A stretch of DNA of 64,000 nucleotides from a virus: positions 1 to 64,000 of the IMG/VR virus record IMGVR_UViG_3300037483_000453. The stretch is one strand, 5' to 3'. Under the pieces are notes generated by a model. That model searched no databases and was not told where the DNA came from. It saw only the letters and a program-made list of their open reading frames with translations. Shown piece after piece: positions 18,498 through 26,989 of this stretch (positions are counted from its first letter, which is position 1; each line of letters opens with the position of its first letter). Made by a program: the position numbers and the translations under genes.

Positions 18498-19219
18498 TGG
18501 CTATTGAGTGTACAGCGAACTTCGCTGGGGTAGAGCGAACTTCTGATGTTCTGCCGTTTGGCAGCGCGTATACGTGGATGGTGTGGGTACAGCTGACTGA
18601 CGCAGTCAGCGGCGGCGGAAAGCCCTTCATCCAAATAGAAGAATCTGGTGTTGGAGATGACGCTATCCTCTTCAATGATAACGGCACGGTTGTCGCCAAC
18701 TGTTACAACGGCGTTGTAGGGGCATCCAGCGCGGCCACAGCTATCAGCGTTGGCACGTGGACACACGTTGCTCTTGTGCGCGAAGATTCAGATACGCTCT
18801 GGCTGTATGTCGATGGCGTCAAGAGTTCCGCTCCAGCCACTCTAGATGTTTCAATCAGGGGGACGCCGACCTTGATGACCATTCGCGAAGTGTTTGGTGT
18901 TGGTTTCGCAGCGGGCGTTTCCAAGGTGTGGACGCGAGAACTTACGACGGAAGAAATCCGAGTTGAGTCCAGGCGGATTATGCCAGCGCTCCATCTGGGC
19001 GATTTGTATCATGCGACCCCGCTACTGAAAAAAGAAGACCTCGTTGACTACGGAGGCCAAGGCCGCCCGTGGTCGCAAGGGTTCGACTGGGAGCAGGTGT
19101 TTTCGTTCCAAGGCCCCCCGGTAGGGTGGGGCCGATCAACTGCCAGGCTAGTTGTGCCGAGAGCGGCTGTGGCGGTGGGTCTAGATGTTGATCCTCTGCT
19201 ACTCGGCGGGATGCTCTAG
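18497..19219 (+). CDS. LamG/concanavalin-A-like domain protein
   Basis: YTWMVWVQL, ISVGTWTHVALVRE..TLWLYVDGV, VWTRELTTEEI are LamG-like signatures. Confidence 0.8.
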   Translation: MAIECTANFAGVERTSDVLPFGSAYTWMVWVQLTDAVSGGGKPFIQIEESGVGDDAILFNDNGTVVANCYNGVVGASSAATAISVGTWTHVALVREDSDTLWLYVDGVKSSAPATLDVSIRGTPTLMTIREVFGVGFAAGVSKVWTRELTTEEIRVESRRIMPALHLGDLYHATPLLKKEDLVDYGGQGRPWSQGFDWEQVFSFQGPPVGWGRSTARLVVPRAAVAVGLDVDPLLLGGML

Positions 19220-19302
19220 AGCGCCTTCGTGGGTGAGATCGATCCTGTGGTCACCATGGTACTATTGATGCGCTGAGCGCACCGTAGTACTACAGGTAAG
19301 TA

Positions 19303-22300
19303 ATGTCTGGAGCAGGGTTCGGAGCAGGTGGTTGGGGCACAGTGCCTTGGGGCGGGGCAGACCAGCTGCTAGCCGAGGATGCGTGCGATCTGTTTTTGTT
19401 TGATGAGACAAACATGGACAGCATCCTAACTGCCCTGTTCGTTGAAGGGGTGGGGGACCCCACCCAGTTTGAACTTGATTATCCTTCTCCACCCGGCACG
19501 AGCGATGATTTGGGAATTCTTAGTGGGGACACTGGGGATGTGGGCTTCGCTACTGGCAACGCATACCTCTCTGCAACGGCAGCCGTAGACTCAGATTACA
19601 CGGTTGAGGTGAACTTCACCTTCGAAGCGTTGCCAAACGACTTCAACAGCGTGCCTGAGAGGCATGTGATGTTTGGTGTCTCTGATGCCACGGGCCCCTG
19701 TGCTGCTGTGTTTATCTCTCAGGTGGGTTTGGCCTACGCTGGTGCAGTGCACCACATACCTGCAGCACCAGACCCCAATGGGGTACTTGTGCTAGATAGC
19801 TCTCTGCAGGTGATCCCTGGTACTGCGCCCTATGCACCCATTGGGGTGCCTATGACGTTCCGTCTAGCAGTCTCTTCCGCTGTGGGGGCAGTCTACCTGT
19901 TCGCCACACCTACAGCAGACCTCACGAGTACGGGCCATCAGCTCGTTGCTATCCTACCGGTCATTGACGCAGGTGACCTCACGTTCCCACCTATCGAACG
20001 AGCTGTCATCAGTGTGCGGGGCACCACACCTCAACCGTCCCGTGTAGCTCTGGATCGCTGGTGTTTGTCCTCATTCTTTGATGTGCCTAATGTGGTCCCA
20101 GTTGCCAATGCAGGTCAGGACCAGGCTACACGTGCCTGCGCTATTGCGCTGTTGGATGGTTCGTCCAGCTTCGACCCTGAGGGATCGCCACTAACATATC
20201 AATGGCGTGTCATCGACGCGCCACTCCCTAGTTCTTTTGCAAGTGAGGGATACGATGGCATTACTTACCCTGTAGCGCCTTTCACAGGGTTTACCTCACG
20301 CTTCCACTCAGCAGCACTTGCAGCGCTAGAACCTAGCGAACCTATTCTTTACGGGGACGTAGTAGTCATCAATGGTGTGGCCAGGACCGTCATCGGGAAA
20401 GCTACTGATGTTAACGGCTTCCATGTTCAGGTCGTCTCCCCGACCATTCCAGATAACTTGAACGGGGTGCCATTCAAGCTGGTGCGGCAACGTGGTTTGA
20501 GCGCCCCTACATCAGCGATCACTAGCTTCTTTGCCGATGTACCCGGCTTCTACAAGTTTGATTTGGTCGTGTTTGATGGGTCGCTCTACAGCCTACCTTC
20601 TACTGTCATTCTGAATGTTCTCGAGTCAGTCCTACCTCGTGGCTGTACCCCTAATATGGATTTCATTTTCGATTACGTAGGGGATTTCTGGAGGCTTGTC
20701 GAGAATGCGGGGGCGCTGGGTACCGTCTGGAGTGGCCTTGCGCAGGTGGCTGCCACAGAGCTCTATACCCTGTGGCAGCATGAGTACTCCAAAAGTCTAC
20801 GTGATGTTCAGAGGACGCTCACCCGTAGGTGGCTACATTATGACCTGTTGTTGGCAGAACCTTTACCCGAGCTCACAAAGATCAGAGCAATCTACTCAGG
20901 GGTCCAGAGCACAAACATTGCTACTCCAGGTGACCCTGGTGTAGTGGGGACGTCACTAGTTCTTACGTCCCCGGCGTTGGACGCACCAGCGGTTTTGGAC
21001 TGGGTGTTTGCTACTACAGCACAGGCTGCTGCAGTTGAGCTCCGGAGTCGTCTCCTGGAGGTAGACACAAGGTTCTCAGTGGCGGTTATACCATCCAGGG
21101 ATGGTACGTTTTTAGTCCTCCGTATCGATGCCCCATTCCCTTTCACAGTGGATGACAGTACGACGACCCCAATCTTTGTTGGGGACGACTCAAGCGGGAC
21201 GCTGGAGGGCCTAGGTGCAGCTAGTGGGGGGGTGAAGACCTATGTGGTAGACCGGAGTCTTGCGGGACTGGGTATCCGTGAAGATGACATGCTGGTACTG
21301 GCTGGTGTGGGCTATCGGATTGTCCGGGTAACCAGTGGGACATCGGTAGACCCGGATTCTTTTAGCCAGCAACGTGTGGTTCTAAAGGACAGTTTGCCGG
21401 TACCGGCACCGACGTCTTGGAAGATTGTGAGCACTGTCAAGTCGGAACTACTCAACTTTTGGGAAGGTCTAGTATCCAACCACGACAATGTCTGTTTTGA
21501 AGTGACAGATGCCAATGGGGGCGATCCAGACCTTATTGAGACCACGGCACTAGGCGTAGCTCAGGGCCTTCCGGGCTACCTGGGGTTTGATGCCACACCA
21601 CTAGGTGCCGCACTGTCTGATGTAGACAAAACGGTTTATTTAGCCAAGTGCGTCCGCAGGACGTACCTGCCGGTATCCCCCTTGTTGAAGGATTTGCCTG
21701 CGCTGCAGGAGCACATCGTCATAGAGGACGACGAGGCGACCTTGAGGCGCAATGTGGATTATTTTCTGGAGGAGTATCGTGGGGCTCCAGCCATCCGGTT
21801 TTTGTCAGGCAGCAGCTTGGATGTGTGGGAAGGCGCAATCCCACCGGATAGACTTTGGGCTGAGTATTCCTTCATGGATAACAGCTCAGTCATCGAGGCT
21901 AACTTTGGGGAGCCCGCGGGGCTTACGCTGGATGACCTAGCGGGACTCCCAGGTAACGTCGACTACCTCTCTGCTGTTAGAGGCCTCTGGTACGCCTTTT
22001 TCAACGGGCCACGGCCTGACAATATTCGCATCGGTGCCCAGATATTCTTGGCTCTCCCATTTGCAGAGGAGGCGGGAGTTATTGAAGAGATCCGTTCAGA
22101 CTTCTCTCCTACTACGGGGCGCATTTTGGTACGTGACTCTGCCAGCACGGAGATTGTGCGAGCGTACACGTACCCCGCGGCGCTGAGTCTAGAGAATAAC
22201 CCCGAAACAGGGGAGCTCTATGTGGTGGGTGACTCAGTTAGCCAGTTTGCGCCGTTGGTGGCTGGTGTAGAAATCTTTGACTATGTGAAAGACCCCACAT

Positions 22301-23232
22301 GGTTTGCAGGCACTGCCCAGCAAGGTGTATTTGCAGAGGTGCAGAAGTACCACACATTTTCTATCAGGGTAAACAGCGCCGTCTTTGATCTTAGCGCCCT
22401 CCTCCTTGTGCGTAGCTTTGTGTTGACGCTTCGGCCTACTTACACCTATCCAGCTATCATAGTTGACCTAAGTGTTGGTGACACCGATCTAAGCATCATT
22501 GACCTGGTGCAAGCTCGGGGCACCATGTTGCTGAATGACACCCCTTGTCAAAGTCTTGGCTCTACGATGTTTGATGACGCTAGGTCCTCTGGAGAAGGCA
22601 GTTGGTGGAACCAGTTTGATAACAACGAAGACACGCCTGCCCCTATGTACCCTACACCAGATGCGGGTGTGACGTGGGCCTATGACAAAGGGTTTCTGTG
22701 CCCATCTGATTCACTGGTTGCCAACCTGACTTATGAGCAGGTAGCCCCTGGTCCTGCGCTGTTCGATACGTTTCTAGTCTTTGACGATACGTTGAAGCAG
22801 GCCATTACTTTCTTGGAGGTGGGGCCTGTTGTGGTGCCCGCTAGCCCATCTGAGCTAAGCATACCGGTTACGGGTTCTGGGTTGGCTATCTTTGACGGTG
22901 CTCTCTACACTCTGCGGTTGCTAGTGGTTGGTGGCCCAGGGGCGTTCGCTACAGACTATGAGCTCGTTGTTGAAGTGAATGGTGTGGATGCAGTGGTACA
23001 AGCATTTGATGCATCTGACCCAGTCTTTGAAGTGAACGCGACTATCACGGGGGCGGTGCTCCTAGGAGATACCATCACGTATAAGATCCGGGTTCCTGCT
23101 GCATCGCCAGCACCAGGTGCACGTAGCCCTGACTGGCTCACTATCGCTGGGCTTGTCATCGTTGAGGATGGCCTCTGGTCTTTTGGAGACACGGTGCCCG
23201 CTGGTACTTACTTCGCCTCTATATCACTCTGA
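19303..23232 (+). CDS. Large baseplate/tail protein with PKD-like (Ig) domain (1309 aa)
   Basis: PVANAGQDQ...LDGSSSFDPEGSPLTYQW...YKFDLVVFDG is PKD/REJ-like; structural context. Confidence 0.7.
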   Translation: MSGAGFGAGGWGTVPWGGADQLLAEDACDLFLFDETNMDSILTALFVEGVGDPTQFELDYPSPPGTSDDLGILSGDTGDVGFATGNAYLSATAAVDSDYTVEVNFTFEALPNDFNSVPERHVMFGVSDATGPCAAVFISQVGLAYAGAVHHIPAAPDPNGVLVLDSSLQVIPGTAPYAPIGVPMTFRLAVSSAVGAVYLFATPTADLTSTGHQLVAILPVIDAGDLTFPPIERAVISVRGTTPQPSRVALDRWCLSSFFDVPNVVPVANAGQDQATRACAIALLDGSSSFDPEGSPLTYQWRVIDAPLPSSFASEGYDGITYPVAPFTGFTSRFHSAALAALEPSEPILYGDVVVINGVARTVIGKATDVNGFHVQVVSPTIPDNLNGVPFKLVRQRGLSAPTSAITSFFADVPGFYKFDLVVFDGSLYSLPSTVILNVLESVLPRGCTPNMDFIFDYVGDFWRLVENAGALGTVWSGLAQVAATELYTLWQHEYSKSLRDVQRTLTRRWLHYDLLLAEPLPELTKIRAIYSGVQSTNIATPGDPGVVGTSLVLTSPALDAPAVLDWVFATTAQAAAVELRSRLLEVDTRFSVAVIPSRDGTFLVLRIDAPFPFTVDDSTTTPIFVGDDSSGTLEGLGAASGGVKTYVVDRSLAGLGIREDDMLVLAGVGYRIVRVTSGTSVDPDSFSQQRVVLKDSLPVPAPTSWKIVSTVKSELLNFWEGLVSNHDNVCFEVTDANGGDPDLIETTALGVAQGLPGYLGFDATPLGAALSDVDKTVYLAKCVRRTYLPVSPLLKDLPALQEHIVIEDDEATLRRNVDYFLEEYRGAPAIRFLSGSSLDVWEGAIPPDRLWAEYSFMDNSSVIEANFGEPAGLTLDDLAGLPGNVDYLSAVRGLWYAFFNGPRPDNIRIGAQIFLALPFAEEAGVIEEIRSDFSPTTGRILVRDSASTEIVRAYTYPAALSLENNPETGELYVVGDSVSQFAPLVAGVEIFDYVKDPTWFAGTAQQGVFAEVQKYHTFSIRVNSAVFDLSALLLVRSFVLTLRPTYTYPAIIVDLSVGDTDLSIIDLVQARGTMLLNDTPCQSLGSTMFDDARSSGEGSWWNQFDNNEDTPAPMYPTPDAGVTWAYDKGFLCPSDSLVANLTYEQVAPGPALFDTFLVFDDTLKQAITFLEVGPVVVPASPSELSIPVTGSGLAIFDGALYTLRLLVVGGPGAFATDYELVVEVNGVDAVVQAFDASDPVFEVNATITGAVLLGDTITYKIRVPAASPAPGARSPDWLTIAGLVIVEDGLWSFGDTVPAGTYFASISL

Positions 23233-24179
23233 TGCACGCCAATGTACACATCACCGTCTTTAGGGGCGACAAGATCGTAGACGTCCGAGAGGGCCATAAC
23301 GTCTGGGTTAGCACTGGTCGCGAGTACCTTGCGAAGGCCATCACATACGACTCACCAGCACTCTCAACTACGGAGGGCTTTGTCGATCTAGTAGGCTCCT
23401 TCCCACCGCTCACAACGGAGACCATCGTTGTGCGCCTGGGTCACCACACGGGTCATATTGAGACCACTGTGGTACTGGCGTCACCACCTGATATGGCGAC
23501 ATTACTTACTCAGATCAATGGGCAGCTAGCAGGTTTGACCGCTAGTGTGGGTGGGTCAAATGGGCTTATATTCACCACCGATTCACCCACTACGGTGGAG
23601 CTCGTGGCTGGCACAGCCCTACGCCCGTTGGGGCTACAACCAGAGTTTATTGCACCATCGGGGTATACAACAACGGCGCTGGAAACTCGACGCATCAAGT
23701 ATATGGGCCTCGGTATCGGGGGTGTGGGTCAGTCCTCTGCTGTCTCTGCACTCCCCCCCGTCTCTACCGCGTATCCACCAGGGTTTGACCCGCACGGGAC
23801 CAGCGGCAACGAGTACCGGAAAGAGTACCCGTTGCATCCCCTCATCACCACACTCGAGCGCCCAGTTCGCATCTCTGGTGGTGTATCACCCTACCCGGGA
23901 GACCCAGCTGATGTGTGGCTGGTGCAAGATCCCAAGTTTGTCAGCTATATCCCGATGCCTGGGGTGATGAGCTTTCACGGCCTAGTAGATACAGTTGGGG
24001 GGGACATGGTATATGGCCCTTTCATCGAGATGCCTTTGTCGGAGGCCGGCTTGTTTCTTGGAGACGCAAACACCCACTCTGACTACAATCCTGGTAAACT
24101 AGTGGCTTACTACTCATTTGGTACACTTATGCTGACTGTGGGTACTAGGCTAGAGCTTGTTTGGACGGTCTCCTTCTGA
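23232..24179 (+). CDS. Tail/fibre-attachment protein, paralog 1
   Basis: Shares HN.W...GRE.LA, YMG.GIGG, PLITT.ERPVRI, P.SE.GLF, VWTV.F with 24187-24810. Confidence 0.7.
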   Translation: MHANVHITVFRGDKIVDVREGHNVWVSTGREYLAKAITYDSPALSTTEGFVDLVGSFPPLTTETIVVRLGHHTGHIETTVVLASPPDMATLLTQINGQLAGLTASVGGSNGLIFTTDSPTTVELVAGTALRPLGLQPEFIAPSGYTTTALETRRIKYMGLGIGGVGQSSAVSALPPVSTAYPPGFDPHGTSGNEYRKEYPLHPLITTLERPVRISGGVSPYPGDPADVWLVQDPKFVSYIPMPGVMSFHGLVDTVGGDMVYGPFIEMPLSEAGLFLGDANTHSDYNPGKLVAYYSFGTLMLTVGTRLELVWTVSF

Positions 24180-24186
24180 GGTATGA

Positions 24187-24810
24187 ATGCTTCGTTTTGC
24201 CACCGATATTGATGTGAGATACAACCTCGAGTTGACAACTCGGGAGCGTGGCAAACTTGTAGACTACCGTCTGGTTCACAACATTTTCTTGGACCTGGGC
24301 CGTGAGTGGCTTGCACAGCTTGTTTCCTACCAGAGTCTTAGCCCCGATGTACCCTTTCGCAATGACCGTGTTCGCTACATGGGTTTTGGTATCGGTGGCA
24401 ACAGACAGATCGCATTAGGTACCGCCAATAGCCCTCCTGTCAGCCCCCCATACAGTGGCACTAATGCACAGTCCGATACCGACCCTCTCATCACCACGAT
24501 GGAGCGCCCGGTTCGTATTACAGGCTCTACCGCAGCATATCCTGGTGTTGCAGGTGATCAGTGGGTTGGGCCTATAGGGTCTGCAGACCCTCTGACAATC
24601 CCTACCCAGGTCACGTATCGCAGGCTCTTCACGCAAACTGAGGTTAGCTACGGCCCCTATACGTCAGTGCCCATATCAGAAGTAGGTCTCTTCACTAGCA
24701 ATGCCGATCCCAACAATCATCAAAATGTGATGGTCGCATACGACACCTTCGATACGCTTAGCAAAACAACGGCATTCGAGCTCGAAGTCGTTTGGACAGT
24801 GCGCTTCTGA
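24187..24810 (+). CDS. Tail/fibre-attachment protein, paralog 2
   Basis: Collinear similarity to 23232-24179, without its insert. Confidence 0.7.
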   Translation: MLRFATDIDVRYNLELTTRERGKLVDYRLVHNIFLDLGREWLAQLVSYQSLSPDVPFRNDRVRYMGFGIGGNRQIALGTANSPPVSPPYSGTNAQSDTDPLITTMERPVRITGSTAAYPGVAGDQWVGPIGSADPLTIPTQVTYRRLFTQTEVSYGPYTSVPISEVGLFTSNADPNNHQNVMVAYDTFDTLSKTTAFELEVVWTVRF

Positions 24811-24876
24811 CATGGGAACGAAGGGACCAACAGGGTGTGGAGCTTGGGCAGACATTAGGACTAGGAGATCTGTGTA

Positions 24877-26595
24877 ATGCCGTTTCACCGCTTCATAACT
24901 CCCACGTACTCCGGTGGGCTGCCTGTCGGCTACGACTACATTAATGACCCGGCTGCCAATGGCGATCCTGGGGTGCCCGCTCCTGCAGACGGGAAGAAGG
25001 GCCCTGCTGCTGCGCCAGGGGATCAAAATGAAGGAACGTACTTCGTAGCCTTCAAGGAGCCTGGGATCGTACTGGCTGTGAACCGCCTGGGCGCAGCCTT
25101 GGCCGAGAATACAGATCAGCTAGATGACCTCATCCACAGGGACCTAGGAGTACCAGCTACTGAAGACTTTCCGGTACCAGGTGCCCCCGTAACAGACTTC
25201 ACAATCACAGAAGATGTCTTTGTGGGTGTGTCGGCAACGCTCACAGACCCAAACCAGCTAAGCAGGCTAGTGGGCGTATATGATGTTATCGGGAAGCCCC
25301 TTGTGGTGGACACGGGTGGAGGAGACTGGCAGCACGTTCAAGTGACCGCAATAGAGGCTACCTTGGGTGGGGGTAGCGTAGTAGGTGGGGGTTTCCAGGC
25401 TAACCCTGTCATTTCTGTCAGCCCTGCAATACCAGCTGGTACCACCTATGGGGCCAGGTTTCTGAAGAAGGATAGTGTTGCCGTGCAGCCTGCGGGCCTA
25501 GCAGTGCCAGATCACTGGCATTCCGTGGGGACGCTGTTGGCTACACTAGCCCAGGCTCTACCCGTGGGCGTACTCATATCGCCGCCAATCCAGGCGGGTG
25601 TGTTGACCATCAACCGCGCGATCGGCGACTCGTTTCGAGTGCCGCTGGTTGAAGACATTACCACGGTCACGCTGGCTAGCGCGCCCCCGGCGAACCGCGC
25701 GCTGCACACGAAGATCGTGTTTGTCCAGGACACCACATACTGGTCGCTGCCGACGTCGTGGGCGGGCGTCACGTGGTGGATCCCTGGATCAGCCCCGGTC
25801 ATGCCTGCGAGCGCGGGCGAGGTGCTCGTGGTCGATCTCTACGCGAACGGCACAGAGACGATCGGCGACTGGCGAATGCAGACGCCGGTCGCTACCCCGC
25901 TGACGATTCTAGGCGGGGCAAACGTACCGTACTGGTGCGACGTCGAGCGCGGTCGTGTGATGGGCACGGGCCCCGACATCGCCTCGCTGACCAACCTCGC
26001 TAATCCGGGGGTACACAACGTAACGCAGGGGACGGAGAGCAAGCGGCCGCACTTGATTTCTATCGGTGGAAAACTGTTCGCGCTCTTTGACGAGAGCGCA
26101 TCGCAAGATCTGCAATCTGTCGACGCCGACTTGTGGGCCGCTGGGGCGCCGGGCGAAGTGAGTCTGTGGGTGTCCGCTCGCGTCGATACCGACACAGCGA
26201 ATCGCGCGCTGTGCATGCTGGGTCTCGACGGCGGAGGGTCTAATAGCGGGATCAACATTAGGTCGACACCCACAGCGCTCGCCTACTCGCGGCTGTTCGC
26301 CGACGGGTCCCTGTCCACGATAAACGGGCTCTACGACAGCCCTGGTGCTGTGAGAGTTTTTCATACCCGCTACACCGCGGATGTGCACTCACTGCGCGTG
26401 AACGGGGCGCAGGTAGCTACCGCAGCCAAGACCGGTACGCTCACTAACGCATGCGACCGGGTGGCCATCGGCTCGCTTGGAGCCAGTGAGTTCCACGACG
26501 GCGCTATCAAATCATTGGTGCTGGGAGTCGGAACGTTCTCCCCCTTGCAGCACGCACAGATGAACGAGTACATGATGCAGGACGCCGGGCTATGA
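24877..26595 (+). CDS. Tail fibre/receptor-binding protein with C-terminal LamG-like lectin domain
   Basis: AGGAG SD; N-terminus MPFHRF.TPTY.GGLP shared with 26990; C-terminal SLRVNGAQVA...AIGS...HDGAI. Confidence 0.75.
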   Translation: MPFHRFITPTYSGGLPVGYDYINDPAANGDPGVPAPADGKKGPAAAPGDQNEGTYFVAFKEPGIVLAVNRLGAALAENTDQLDDLIHRDLGVPATEDFPVPGAPVTDFTITEDVFVGVSATLTDPNQLSRLVGVYDVIGKPLVVDTGGGDWQHVQVTAIEATLGGGSVVGGGFQANPVISVSPAIPAGTTYGARFLKKDSVAVQPAGLAVPDHWHSVGTLLATLAQALPVGVLISPPIQAGVLTINRAIGDSFRVPLVEDITTVTLASAPPANRALHTKIVFVQDTTYWSLPTSWAGVTWWIPGSAPVMPASAGEVLVVDLYANGTETIGDWRMQTPVATPLTILGGANVPYWCDVERGRVMGTGPDIASLTNLANPGVHNVTQGTESKRPHLISIGGKLFALFDESASQDLQSVDADLWAAGAPGEVSLWVSARVDTDTANRALCMLGLDGGGSNSGINIRSTPTALAYSRLFADGSLSTINGLYDSPGAVRVFHTRYTADVHSLRVNGAQVATAAKTGTLTNACDRVAIGSLGASEFHDGAIKSLVLGVGTFSPLQHAQMNEYMMQDAGL

Positions 26596-26927
26596 TATAC
26601 GCAGGGCCATTCACGCGAGAGGATGCCGAGCGCAAAGCCGTGGCCACGTGCCGCGCCATCGCTCGCGCACGCGGTGTGACCTACCCGATGCCGCACTCGT
26701 CGGTGGTGGGCGTGGAGCCTGCCGATCTACGCACGCACCCTGAGCGCTACGCAGCCACGCAGTTGACTGCGCCCGAGCGTGATCGCGGTGGGGCGGACTA
26801 CTTCGTCCGCGTGCTCGCCGAGATGGCGGCGCTACCAGACGATGGCGATGGCGACGTGATGCGGGACGGCACCGAGCGGGTGTTGTCGATCGCCGACGCC
26901 GAAGTGGTGGAGCGCGTGCGGCTATGA
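26592..26927 (+). CDS. Small protein downstream of fibre (possible chaperone)
   Basis: ATGA overlap; same base-composition style as the fibre C-terminus. Confidence 0.55.
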   Translation: MIYAGPFTREDAERKAVATCRAIARARGVTYPMPHSSVVGVEPADLRTHPERYAATQLTAPERDRGGADYFVRVLAEMAALPDDGDGDVMRDGTERVLSIADAEVVERVRL

Positions 26928-26989
26928 CTGTCTACGGCCTCGGGCTGAGTGTAGGTTTGCCGTGTAGCATTTCTGAAAGAGTATAGAAT

